IMG/VR virus record: IMGVR_UViG_3300032293_001706
Span: 1 to 64,000 of that record
Source of the DNA: a virus
Length of the DNA: 64,000 nucleotides
Direction: 5' to 3' (one strand)
A model generated the notes under the pieces. The model searched no databases. It was not told the DNA's origin and saw nothing but the letters and a program-made list of their open reading frames with translations. Of the stretch, positions 1-9,665 are shown one piece after another. Position 1 is the first letter of the stretch; every line of letters starts with the position of its first letter. The position numbers and the translations under genes were made by a program.

Positions 1-416
1 ACCTGATAAAATCCATATTTCAATCTGTCGGCATATTCTTTAACTTTGTTATAGAACTCATCAGGAATGTCTTTGAGTAATTCATTGATGTCACCACCAT
101 TAGATAAATGTTCCCAAACACCAGTGGTTGAGATATTGGTCATTATTTTATGAAGACGCAAGTATTCTTCGCCTTTGATTTTCATTCGGTCTCCGTTTGA
201 AAAACGAACAACAAATCCTTCAGCGTTTTGTTCAACTTTACCCTTTAACTCGGAATAATCCCGAACTCCGTCATATTTTTTGACAACATCGAAACCTTCT
301 AATGATTTAAGTTCTAAGTATGGAATTTCATTACCTGTTTCAGTGTTAAACGCACCAAGTAATACAAGACCCTCATAATCACCATAATCTACAACTATTC
401 TATTTTGACCTCCCAT
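1..416 (-). CDS. RNA ligase (Rnl1-like), C-terminal half; runs off the window edge
   Basis: Not in the ORF track; translated by hand from ATG at 416: MGGQNRIVVDYGDYEGLVLLGAF...AEGFVVRFSNGDRMKIKGEEYLRLHKIMT. Contains ligase motif IV (EGFVV) and motif V (KIK). Confidence 0.85.
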   Translation of the reverse strand, partial: MGGQNRIVVDYGDYEGLVLLGAFNTETGNEIPYLELKSLEGFDVVKKYDGVRDYSELKGKVEQNAEGFVVRFSNGDRMKIKGEEYLRLHKIMTNISTTGVWEHLSNGGDINELLKDIPDEFYNKVKEYADRLKYGFYQ

Positions 417-423
417 AATTTTT

Positions 424-1128
424 TTATTTATTTTTACAATTTTCAAAATGCCATCTATACATTAACCCTTCACCACCTTCTTTACCACAATATGGACAAA
501 TTATTTTTTTTCTTGGTATCCCTTTAGTTTTTGATGGTTTTCCTTTTTTCGATTCACTTATTTTTCTTTTTGTATTCTCACTTTTATTTTTACCTGGATT
601 GTTTTCAGTAAAATATTTTTTTCTATACTCCTTAAACTCATCACTACGTGTTTTTCCATACATAGGATTTAATTTGCCAACGTATTTACCTTTCATAGAT
701 TGACTTTGTTTTGGTCTTTTTTGACCCTTATTTGATTTACTAATTTTATCCCCAATTTCTTTGGCTCTTTTCTCACCAAATCGTTCAATGAAGGTTTTAT
801 TTGAATATAATTTTTTATATTTTTCTTTTATTTCCCCTGATGGGTTATTTAAACCATCACCTCCATCAGTCATATTAACTAAAATACCTTCATTCAAATC
901 TTTTCTACCATAAATTTTAATCCAATATTTTTCCCTTTCAGATGCGTCTTCCCAAGATAAATTATCTTCGATTATTTCAAATTTAAATCCAACTTTTTTA
1001 ACGATAAAATTCCAATACCTATTCCTACTTTTTTTATCAGATGCTCTTTTGTAATCAGTATCACTACCAATACCAACATAAAAAATCTGATTATTGTCAT
1101 TTCTTTTGTGGATATAAACGTACGCCAT
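424..1128 (-). mobile_element. GIY-YIG homing endonuclease with NUMOD3-like repeats and C-terminal Zn finger, inserted in the RNA ligase gene
   Basis: N-terminal YVYIH...FYVGIG, GKLNPMYGKTRS and SENTKRKISESKKG repeats, CPYC...HFENC tail; lies between the two ligase halves. Confidence 0.8.
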
Positions 1129-1177
1129 AAAGGTGATTTATTATAAATATCTTTTATAGTTAAAAACAATTCAATTA

Positions 1178-1597
1178 TTAGTAAATTATTTCAAAAAGGT
1201 ATGTGTTGTTTTTGTCTAAATTTTCTAATGGGTATTTTGAAGATAATTCTTTAGCTTTAATAGCTTGTTCAGACGTAAAAGAACCTCTAGTTGCGAATAT
1301 CCATTCATCGTTATAGTAAAATAATATGATACAACTACCATCCATCTTTTCAAAGACTTCAAATTCAGAAGTCGGAGTATGTTTACCTTCTTCAAGATTA
1401 AAAAACTTCTTGAAGGGTCTTGCAACTATATTTCCTTCATTATCAGTTACAAGACCACGACACATCAAAGTAATTTCATCCCACAATTCTTCATATTGAA
1501 CTTTAGGTGTATAGTTCCATATGGTTAAAGGCAACCTTGGGTGAGTCTGTTTATACAACAAACCAAGAGAATGATATTTTTCAAGAGTTTCCTTCAT
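1178..1597 (-). CDS. RNA ligase (Rnl1-like), N-terminal half
   Basis: CRGLV...ARPFKKFFN, adenylation motif EKMDGS, ATRGSF; ends at motif III YLFEIIY followed by TAA. Confidence 0.85.
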   Translation of the reverse strand: MKETLEKYHSLGLLYKQTHPRLPLTIWNYTPKVQYEELWDEITLMCRGLVTDNEGNIVARPFKKFFNLEEGKHTPTSEFEVFEKMDGSCIILFYYNDEWIFATRGSFTSEQAIKAKELSSKYPLENLDKNNTYLFEIIY

Positions 1598-1601
1598 ACT
1601 A

Positions 1602-1609
1602 CAAAATTA
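1602..1609 (-). promoter_or_regulatory. Bacteroidota-type -7 promoter element (TAATTTTG)
   Basis: Matches TAnnTTTG; 4 nt upstream of the ligase ATG. Confidence 0.55.
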
Positions 1610-1627
1610 CAAAAAAAGATGGACATA

Positions 1628-2029
1628 TCAAAGAAGTTTAATTTGGAACCTGTCCTTCATCGCCTGTAGTTTTTCTTCAGGAACACCGTGTTGGTTTACA
1701 CCATCATGTCTTTTTTCAACAATTATGGAATGAACACGATATCCATACTTTTCCGCCAATTTGAAATAATCCTCCATTTCCCACTCTTGGGTGAAAGTAT
1801 TTGAAACAACAACTGTTGGATGTTCATTGCTCATTAAAAATTCAACCTCATCCTTACACCATTGATGTGCTTCTTTTAATTGGGATGGATTAAACTTATA
1901 TTCACCGTCCCTATTTAGAAAAAACATGTCAGCTTCTTTGTGACAATAATCTTTATCACCAACCAAAGATTTAGCTAATGTCGATTTTCCTGCCCCAGGA
2001 ATTGAGCGGATTAGATATAGGTTTTTCAT
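1628..2029 (-). CDS. P-loop kinase (AAA_33 / polynucleotide kinase-like)
   Basis: LIRSIPGAGKSTLA Walker A, EADMFF, VVSNTFTQEWEM. Confidence 0.85.
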   Translation of the reverse strand: MKNLYLIRSIPGAGKSTLAKSLVGDKDYCHKEADMFFLNRDGEYKFNPSQLKEAHQWCKDEVEFLMSNEHPTVVVSNTFTQEWEMEDYFKLAEKYGYRVHSIIVEKRHDGVNQHGVPEEKLQAMKDRFQIKLL

Positions 2030-2030
2030 A

Positions 2031-2681
2031 TTAGTTAATTCGTTTTTCGTGATGGTCTTTTGGAAGAGAAAGTTTTTTAATTGGTCGGTTCTTCATAATT
2101 GACATAATTTCTTCATAAGAAATCGGATACATATTATTTCCATCCACACCAACATCCATCGCCTTTCCATCTGCAATCCTCAAATGAGGTGGAAGATGAA
2201 CGTGACCATGAAGGTGAATTATTCCATCATTCATTCCGTCCCAACTTGCAACTGGATAATGCATACACACCATTGTCGTTTTTTCAACCACTTCTCCTTT
2301 TGGAATCCTGATATCAAGATGCAAATAATCTCTAGTTGAAGAAAACAATTCTTGACAATTTTGTTTATTCCTACGAATGTGGTGGTCGTGATTACCGAAT
2401 GTCAGGTGAATATTTTTACAAACAATTCGATTTCGGAATTCTTCAATCATTTCAAAACCACCAAAAGACCAATCTCCAAGGTGAATCAAAATATCATCCT
2501 GACCAACAACTTCGTTAATGTTGTTAACCAGTGTGGAATTCATTTGTTCAAGACTTTTAAAGTCACGAGTCACACTATCAGAATCCTTCCATTTTGTGGT
2601 TGCCCGACAAATATTTGAATGGGAATAGTGAGTATCACTTGTAAAAAACAATTTTCGACCTTTTTCCAAAATAAATTTCAT
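2031..2681 (-). CDS. Calcineurin-like metallophosphoesterase
   Basis: SDTHY, HLGDWS, GNHD and HLHGHVH motifs. Confidence 0.9.
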   Translation of the reverse strand: MKFILEKGRKLFFTSDTHYSHSNICRATTKWKDSDSVTRDFKSLEQMNSTLVNNINEVVGQDDILIHLGDWSFGGFEMIEEFRNRIVCKNIHLTFGNHDHHIRRNKQNCQELFSSTRDYLHLDIRIPKGEVVEKTTMVCMHYPVASWDGMNDGIIHLHGHVHLPPHLRIADGKAMDVGVDGNNMYPISYEEIMSIMKNRPIKKLSLPKDHHEKRIN

Positions 2682-2685
2682 GAAG

Positions 2686-2693
2686 CAAAGATA
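2686..2693 (-). promoter_or_regulatory. Bacteroidota-type -7 promoter element (TATCTTTG)
   Basis: TAnnTTTG, 4 nt upstream of ATG 2681. Confidence 0.6.
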
Positions 2694-2723
2694 TAAAAAA
2701 TATTTGGACTTTCAAAAATTATC

Positions 2724-3026
2724 TCACAACAATTCACAAGTCAGATTGCCGTCAATCATTGTTGCTGATAACACATTTCTATCCAAAAATACCGCATTTT
2801 GTTCACCAGCATATAAACCAAGAATGTTATAATCATAATATTCTTCAGCCTCTTCAGAAGTCATTTGATGTATTCCCATTAATTTGTTTAAGATTCTGTT
2901 TTTATCATATAACAACCTTTTTCCGTTTCCAAATTCTTCAACAACTCCGACAATACAATCTTCAAGTCCTGTTAAAATCACCGCACCTTCAGCATATGAA
3001 TCAATATCAATCGTAAATTTTTCCAT
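2724..3026 (-). CDS. Hypothetical phage protein
   Basis: 100-aa ORF co-oriented with the repair genes; GLEDCIVG...YDKNRIL...EEAEEYYDYNILG looks like a common phage hypothetical. Confidence 0.7.
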   Translation of the reverse strand: MEKFTIDIDSYAEGAVILTGLEDCIVGVVEEFGNGKRLLYDKNRILNKLMGIHQMTSEEAEEYYDYNILGLYAGEQNAVFLDRNVLSATMIDGNLTCELL

Positions 3027-3075
3027 ATCAAATTATAATTATTAATATTTTCAATATCAACTATATTTATATTGT

Positions 3076-3807
3076 ATGAGATACATGTTAAACATTTCGG
3101 ATGAAGAAAAACAGGCTTTATTAAGTCAACACCAACAACCTTATAATGGTTATCAAACAATGCAACTACCAAAACCTGATAATGTTCTTAGGGTTTATGA
3201 CGCAGCTGGTGATAAAAATGGAGTTCAGGTAACCGCAAACGGAAATGTTAGAACATATTCAAACGTAAACCTACGTGAATCAAAAGGAGAATTTTGTGAA
3301 TGTGGTGGTGTAATGTATGAAGGTGAATGTATGGAATGTGGAAGTATGTATGAAGGTGAAGAAGCAAAACTTCAAGACAAGTTTGATTACGTTGAGGAAA
3401 TGGATGAGGAGGTTTCAGCATCACTTCAAGAACCTTATTCTGATATTGATTTTGGTTCTTATGATTTTGATTCAGGTGGACCCGAACAATTCGGACCAGG
3501 TGATGAAAATGGTGACTATCCTTCATCAATGAAATCACAACAAGATATTCTTGATTATGTATCACAACACGATTCAGACCCAGATTCAAGAGCGATGTTG
3601 AATAAATTGGAAACTTCTATGGAAGATGAATACGATGGAAAAGAAAAAATGGGTGGAGAATGGGAACCATACGAATTTGATTCTGAAGGACCATTAAATA
3701 ATAGTGGTGTTTTCAGAGAAATGGAAGATGATGAACAAGTTAAACAAGTTAAGGAATCAATTAACGAAACCTTAAATTGGTTTAAGAGGTTTTCAAAGTT
3801 CAATTAA
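3076..3807 (+). CDS. Acidic hypothetical late protein with short Cys pairs
   Basis: 243 aa, CECGG...CMECG, preceded by TATTTATA at 3064-3071. Confidence 0.75.
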   Translation: MRYMLNISDEEKQALLSQHQQPYNGYQTMQLPKPDNVLRVYDAAGDKNGVQVTANGNVRTYSNVNLRESKGEFCECGGVMYEGECMECGSMYEGEEAKLQDKFDYVEEMDEEVSASLQEPYSDIDFGSYDFDSGGPEQFGPGDENGDYPSSMKSQQDILDYVSQHDSDPDSRAMLNKLETSMEDEYDGKEKMGGEWEPYEFDSEGPLNNSGVFREMEDDEQVKQVKESINETLNWFKRFSKFN

Positions 3808-4003
3808 AGACTTCAGGAGTCTTTTCTCCCAACAACTTTTGCAAGTGACTGTAGGTCTTGTAATCGTTATACGTTGAATAAAATAAATCGGCATACTTTC
3901 TTGCATTTTTAAGTTGTTCATATGTTTTGCAAGAACCGATGACCAAACAAGCTTTCTGAAAAACTTTAACGTCAACTATGGATTTTTTCTTTTTAAATAA
4001 CAT
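3800..4003 (-). CDS. Small hypothetical protein
   Basis: 67-aa ORF; a TATCTTTG element lies upstream at about 4053-4060. Confidence 0.55.
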   Translation of the reverse strand: MLFKKKKSIVDVKVFQKACLVIGSCKTYEQLKNARKYADLFYSTYNDYKTYSHLQKLLGEKTPEVFN

Positions 4004-4083
4004 TTTTTTAATTAGTTAATAACTTTTTTAATTTTTTGCGATATATGTAATGCAAAGATAAATAAAATAATCAAATAAAAAAA

Positions 4084-4377
4084 ATGGAAATTTTGGAAAT
4101 TATTTCACATCACCAGAGTGAAACCGTAACTGAGGTTATTTTTAGATTGGTGAATGATGATGAGGACGTGGTAAGAAAGGATGAAATTGAAAACACATAT
4201 TTTGATGAATTTGGATATGATTTTCTTTCACCAATTGCTGATTTCATGTTTGAAGATGAAACAGATGATAATAATGATGATTTTTGGCAATATATTGATG
4301 AGGATGATTTAAAATCATTCCTTAATGAATATTATGTTGTCTATCCTGAAAAACTACCAAAACCTGAATTTGAATAA
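4084..4377 (+). CDS. Small acidic hypothetical protein
   Basis: 97-aa ORF with A-rich start context. Confidence 0.7.
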   Translation: MEILEIISHHQSETVTEVIFRLVNDDEDVVRKDEIENTYFDEFGYDFLSPIADFMFEDETDDNNDDFWQYIDEDDLKSFLNEYYVVYPEKLPKPEFE

Positions 4378-4404
4378 TTCAATTGTAACAGATATTTATA
4401 AAAA

Positions 4405-4698
4405 ATGTTACACGAAGAAATTCAAAAGATTAAAAAGTTAATGTCTTTGGTTGACGAACAGGAAGCCGAAGCTCCTTCAGCTGGTGCAACAACATCAACA
4501 CCTTCAAGTGGGGGAGGAGAAAAAAAAGGTTATCCAACTGTTACAAAATGGGAAACAGGTTTAACAAGAGGAAAAGCAAACCCTATTGACCAAAAATCAA
4601 AATGGGATTCGGGTGTGACAAGAGGAAAAGCAAATCAGATTGCTGTTACAAAATGGGAATCTGGTGTTAAAAGGGGGAAAGGAAATACATTATTATGA
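4405..4698 (+). CDS. Small late protein with three KW(E/D)xGxxRGK(A/G)N repeats
   Basis: Repeats visible in the translation; TATTTATA at 4393-4400. Confidence 0.75.
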   Translation: MLHEEIQKIKKLMSLVDEQEAEAPSAGATTSTPSSGGGEKKGYPTVTKWETGLTRGKANPIDQKSKWDSGVTRGKANQIAVTKWESGVKRGKGNTLL

Positions 4699-6725
4699 AA
4701 CAAACTCCACAAGATATTTTAAATGAAATACTTCTAAGGATGAATTATGATTCATCCAAGACGCTTTCTGAAAATAAGGAGTTGATATTTGAACAGGGTG
4801 GTTTATCGGCACAAAGAATTATGCCAACACCTCAACAATTCAGACAAAGATTTATTCCCACAACTGTTGAGAAATTACCAGGTAAACCATTGTACTATAA
4901 TACAAAAACAGGAAAAATTGCAACACTATTTGACAATAAAAATGATATTATTCCTGTTGAAACGGTTTATCCTGAAATAACAAACAACATATACCCCGCA
5001 AACGCAGATATTAATAAAATCAATACTGTTTTATCAACATCAAAAAATAAAACATCAAGTGTTGATTTTACCAATAGACCGAAAAATGAAAACGAAACAA
5101 AAATTTTTCAAGATTGGCTAGATTTTTATTATCCCACTTGGTACAAAGGTGGTAAATTAAATAAAGGTGTCGGATATGGTACTTTTGGTCCTAGAACTAC
5201 TTCAGCTTGGAATACTTATAAAACTAAATGGTCTGAGTTTGGTGGTGGTTTAATGTTGGGTTATAATAACATTTTAAAAAAATATGGTGTCACAAGTGAA
5301 AAAAATAATGATTTACCTGGTGAAGTTCAAAACGAGATGTTATCGGAAATTAGTAAATTTGGACAAAAATTTAAAAATCATTTTGGTGAAAACTTATATA
5401 CTCAATACTTTGCAGGGTTATCTAAGACATATAAAAAACCTTCAATTTCACCACTTCCTAAGATAGACCCACAATATAGAGATGCAACATCTCGAAATAA
5501 ACCAATAGGTCTTAATACTGATTTAGGTCTTGCAATTACCAAGACAAAAAAAATAAAGATAAACGGAACCAACGATTTTGAAATAGAAATACCTGAAAAC
5601 GCAACGGTTTATAGTTTTGACCTATTTGGTAACGATACCAAAAGTTTGGATAACTTTAAAAAGTCCGTAGTATTTAAAGGGGAATATGCTGTTTGGAATA
5701 CTTGGCAAACAATATTACCGACATTAAATTTAACAAATTTTGTCAAAGGGTTTTCATTTGAATATAGAGGAAAGACTTTAGATTTTAAAAGGGCGGTTAA
5801 TAGTGAAAGTTTATTAAATGAATTTGGTATTCAAACTCAAAATGGGTATCTGAAATATAACATACAAGATTATAAAACTTTGAGTTCTTGGGAGGAGTGG
5901 GGACCAACATTATTGAATTTGGCATCTATATCTGTTGCGGTTTTAGGTCCTGCAACGTGGCCGTTGTTGTTGGTGAGTGCAGGGATGGATTTAGCAGCTG
6001 CAGAAATGCAGTACAAACAAGGTGATAATGAAGGGGCTAAACTAAGTGCTTTATTAGCGTTTACACCATTTTTGGGTAAATTTGCAATAAAAGTACCGAA
6101 AGCGGCGGCAGATAATTTAGCTCAAAAATTTGTTAATGCAAAAACTAAAACTGAAATCGATAACATTGTTGCAACATTATCTAAAGAAGAATTAAACACG
6201 TTAAAATCATTACAAGAACTTGGAGATATTAGTAAAATTCAAAAAATGGTTTCAGACCCTGAAGTAAAAAAAGCGATTGTTAATTCGGCTAAAAAAGTTG
6301 AGTCTCTCGCAACGACTTCATTAAAGAAAGGTTTATTTGAGCTTGGAATAACAGGAGGATTATTATATAGTCAGTGGGAGAATTTAAAAAAAGAGTCATT
6401 ATCTGAAATGACACGTAAAGAATTATTAATACAAACGATTAAAATCGTATCAGATATGACTGAAGCTAAAGAAGATAAGGAAAAATTTGATGATTTGTCA
6501 AAAAGTGTTGGGGAAATGGCAACCGCTCAAATAATTAATAAGTTAGAAGAACTAATTAATGATGCCAAACAAAAAGAAAATAAAAAATTAAAAGAAGCCG
6601 ATAATGATATTAATAATGTTTTAGATTTTTTAAAACAACCAATACCTTTAGATAATAAGATAGGTTCAGACTCTACAAATATTATAAATAACATTAATAA
6701 TATTGGTGAAATAGGTTTAAAATAA
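4695..6725 (+). CDS. Large hypothetical protein with a peptidoglycan-binding-like motif and a hydrophobic helical segment
   Basis: FQDWLD...YGTFGPRTTSAW; hydrophobic LASISVAVLGPATWPLLLVSAG. Confidence 0.7.
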   Translation: MKQTPQDILNEILLRMNYDSSKTLSENKELIFEQGGLSAQRIMPTPQQFRQRFIPTTVEKLPGKPLYYNTKTGKIATLFDNKNDIIPVETVYPEITNNIYPANADINKINTVLSTSKNKTSSVDFTNRPKNENETKIFQDWLDFYYPTWYKGGKLNKGVGYGTFGPRTTSAWNTYKTKWSEFGGGLMLGYNNILKKYGVTSEKNNDLPGEVQNEMLSEISKFGQKFKNHFGENLYTQYFAGLSKTYKKPSISPLPKIDPQYRDATSRNKPIGLNTDLGLAITKTKKIKINGTNDFEIEIPENATVYSFDLFGNDTKSLDNFKKSVVFKGEYAVWNTWQTILPTLNLTNFVKGFSFEYRGKTLDFKRAVNSESLLNEFGIQTQNGYLKYNIQDYKTLSSWEEWGPTLLNLASISVAVLGPATWPLLLVSAGMDLAAAEMQYKQGDNEGAKLSALLAFTPFLGKFAIKVPKAAADNLAQKFVNAKTKTEIDNIVATLSKEELNTLKSLQELGDISKIQKMVSDPEVKKAIVNSAKKVESLATTSLKKGLFELGITGGLLYSQWENLKKESLSEMTRKELLIQTIKIVSDMTEAKEDKEKFDDLSKSVGEMATAQIINKLEELINDAKQKENKKLKEADNDINNVLDFLKQPIPLDNKIGSDSTNIINNINNIGEIGLK

Positions 6726-6748
6726 ATTACTAATATATTTATTATATT

Positions 6749-8020
6749 ATGACTATACTTAATGAATTACAGAGAATAAAAAGTTTAATGCTAATTAATG
6801 AGGCAAGTAACCCCATATTAAATATAATGCTAGAACCTTTTTTAAATAAATCATGGAAAGCGTTTAAAGAAGGTTTTGATAATTCATCATCAAGAATCGG
6901 TCAGCATTTAGATGATTACTTATCTGACACTTCAAAAGTTGCCATTAAAGACTTAGGTAGGATAAATGGAAATCAATATGCTGATACAATGAATATTATC
7001 GACATTGTTGAAGATTTATTAACTAAACCATTAACTGATAGTGAAATTTCAAGATTAATTAAAGAATTATCAACGTCTTCAAAATTCTCAGAAAAAGTAG
7101 TTGATGTGATATCCAACGACACATCATTTAAAAATGCCTTTAAAAATGCTATTGAATATGAAAGCCGTGGAGGAATAACCCCTCAACAAATTAAAAGCGT
7201 GTTAAGTGAGTATGTTGGTGACGCCAATGCGGAAAAAATTTATAAAAAGACAAAAATAAATATAAACCCGTCCGCAATTATTCCTACAGAATTATCGGAC
7301 GAGTTTGTTTTATCACCTGAAGTAATCGATGATTTGATTCTTGTTGCTAATAGTCAAAGTTTAAAAAAATCAATTAAAACAATATTAGAACCTACAACCC
7401 TTAAAACCATTTTGAAAAAAGCTGACGAGTTATCAAAAGGGGGAACTAAAATAGACTCTACTTGGTTTAAATTAGAATTCCAAAAAATTATAGATTCAAA
7501 CCCTTCTTTTTGGAGTCAAGTTAGACGAGCAGAAATAGGGACAATTTTACAAAAAATATATACAGATAGTAAAACAGGTAAATTTTCATTTGGTCAGGTT
7601 GGGAAAACTATAGGTTCGGCGGCAATATCATACGTGATATGTAGTTTAATTGCCGGTTTTTGGACTGCAAGCGATTTAATCAAAGCTTGGAGAGGGGATT
7701 GCATGAGTAAAAAGGGTTATACACCACAAAATTTGGAAAAAAGAAAAAAAGATAATTCAAATCAATATACCATAGACTTAGGTAATTGTGATGAGTATGT
7801 TAATTCTGAAGAAACAAAATACGATTTCAAGAAAATTCTATCGTGGTATAATTTATCAGGTCTTCTTGATAAAGAAGTTACTGATATTACACCTGAAGAT
7901 TTAAGTCAGTCAGTACAAAAACCAACAACGCCTCAACAACAAACTGCTCCTAAACAACAAACCGCCCCTAAACCTGCGGAAACTAAACCACAAAAATCAA
8001 ACGTACCCGCTGATTTATAA
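6749..8020 (+). CDS. Hypothetical late/virion protein
   Basis: 423 aa, leader ILNELQRIKSLMLINE; TATTTAT at 6734-6740. Confidence 0.7.
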   Translation: MTILNELQRIKSLMLINEASNPILNIMLEPFLNKSWKAFKEGFDNSSSRIGQHLDDYLSDTSKVAIKDLGRINGNQYADTMNIIDIVEDLLTKPLTDSEISRLIKELSTSSKFSEKVVDVISNDTSFKNAFKNAIEYESRGGITPQQIKSVLSEYVGDANAEKIYKKTKININPSAIIPTELSDEFVLSPEVIDDLILVANSQSLKKSIKTILEPTTLKTILKKADELSKGGTKIDSTWFKLEFQKIIDSNPSFWSQVRRAEIGTILQKIYTDSKTGKFSFGQVGKTIGSAAISYVICSLIAGFWTASDLIKAWRGDCMSKKGYTPQNLEKRKKDNSNQYTIDLGNCDEYVNSEETKYDFKKILSWYNLSGLLDKEVTDITPEDLSQSVQKPTTPQQQTAPKQQTAPKPAETKPQKSNVPADL

Positions 8021-8022
8021 TT

Positions 8023-8988
8023 ATGAAAAAAAACTTAAACCAAATATTATTTGAACAGCAGAGTGGTGAATCCACTGAAATTGAAAGAGTAAAAAAATTC
8101 CAAGATTGGTTGGATGAAAATTACCCTACTTGGTATAAAGGCGGTAAACTTAGTAAAGGTAATGGATATGGTGCTTATGGTCCAAATACCAGAAGAATGT
8201 ATGAAAATAATGATGTTAAAGAAAAATATACAAATTGGAAAAAATCGGGAGGCGTAACACCACAAACCGCAACCAATATAGAATCAATAGATAAGGATAT
8301 TACGGATGTTGCAAAAAATGTCACTTTTTATGACACCGCAGGAAGATTAATAGAATGGTTAGATTTTAAAAGTAATGAGTCTTTTGATACTGACCCAAAC
8401 ATGGTTAAAATTGTAACATTAGCAAACAGAAGAAAAACTGGTGGAGATACTCCAATAATTGCATATATTAAGTCAGTTCTTTCTTATTTAAGGAAAAATG
8501 TAAGTGAGATAGACGTTGAGGACACATATAAAACAGATATTGATAGCTATATTAACTCCAAAACACCGTTGATTGAAAACACATACTTAAAACCCGTCAT
8601 AGGTTTAAGTAAAATATTATTAGATGAGACAAGAATTCGTTATCTAATAAAAAATGATGATGGTAAATTATTTATATCAGGTCAAAAAACATCAGTTAAT
8701 AGAGGTAATCTTGATTCTAGTTTTGTTATTAGTCAATATAAAAATAATAATGTAACTTACTTTAAGCCATTGTCATTGGTATCATCAAATAAATTACCTG
8801 ATGCCGCCCCATTGGTTGGCGAAGTTAAAATTAAATTAGATGCCGCTGATGGTAATAATGTATTTACACAAAACTTAAAAGATAAAATAATTAAATATAG
8901 AAAAGATAACAATATTGCCCACGCATATGATGAAGGAGATATTGACTTTTATCTAATTCAAAGTTTATTTGCTGATAAGTTTAAATAA
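8023..8988 (+). CDS. Hypothetical protein sharing the FQDWLD...YGPNT motif with 4695..6725
   Basis: FQDWLDENYPTWYKGGKLSKGNGYGAYGPNT. Confidence 0.7.
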   Translation: MKKNLNQILFEQQSGESTEIERVKKFQDWLDENYPTWYKGGKLSKGNGYGAYGPNTRRMYENNDVKEKYTNWKKSGGVTPQTATNIESIDKDITDVAKNVTFYDTAGRLIEWLDFKSNESFDTDPNMVKIVTLANRRKTGGDTPIIAYIKSVLSYLRKNVSEIDVEDTYKTDIDSYINSKTPLIENTYLKPVIGLSKILLDETRIRYLIKNDDGKLFISGQKTSVNRGNLDSSFVISQYKNNNVTYFKPLSLVSSNKLPDAAPLVGEVKIKLDAADGNNVFTQNLKDKIIKYRKDNNIAHAYDEGDIDFYLIQSLFADKFK

Positions 8989-9017
8989 AAAATCAGAATT
9001 TAAAGATATTTATTGGT

Positions 9018-9665
9018 ATGAATCTTAAAAAGAAAATACATAACGAACTAATTAATGAAAGAGAAACAAAGAAACAATCTTTAATAATTGAAACAAGGAT
9101 TGTTAATTCTCAACTTAGAACATTGAAAAATTGTGTAACCTACGATTGTCTTATCGAGAATTTAATTAAGAAGGTATCGGTTTTTAAAGAAAGAAACTTT
9201 TCAGATGCGGTTATTACTGAATCAGTTTTTGATATTCTTACATCATTATTTGGTGAATTAGATGATTCGTTTTGGAATGAAACAAAATCAAGATTGGCCG
9301 ACCATCTTATTAATAATCTTAATATAGATGAAGACCTAAAAGATTGTGTTAAAGAAGAAATCTTAAAAACACCAAACGATGAAATTACAAAGTTAATGGG
9401 TGATGCTGATTTTGTTTCAGATAAAATTGCAACATCATATATTGAATGTTTCCAAAATAAGGTCCTTTCATCAGGAGTTGATAGAGAATTAGGACCTGTT
9501 GGAAAAGAATTAAGAGCCGCAATTTCAAATCTACTTAGTGATTCAGGATTCTTAGGCAATATTTCAGGTAAAATAAATTCACAAATTTCCGACACTCTCA
9601 CAAAAATCCAACAAAAGGATAAAGAAGTAGCCGATGAAATTAAATCTACCGTAATTGGTAGTTAA
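9018..9665 (+). CDS. Hypothetical late protein
   Basis: 215-aa ORF; TATTTAT at 9007-9013. Confidence 0.7.
   Translation: MNLKKKIHNELINERETKKQSLIIETRIVNSQLRTLKNCVTYDCLIENLIKKVSVFKERNFSDAVITESVFDILTSLFGELDDSFWNETKSRLADHLINNLNIDEDLKDCVKEEILKTPNDEITKLMGDADFVSDKIATSYIECFQNKVLSSGVDRELGPVGKELRAAISNLLSDSGFLGNISGKINSQISDTLTKIQQKDKEVADEIKSTVIGS

Noticed and set aside
417-1180. Group I intron interrupting the RNA ligase
   Set aside because: Only about 50 AT-rich nt at the 5' side and 7 nt at the 3' side of the endonuclease ORF; no room for the catalytic core, and the downstream half has its own ATG.
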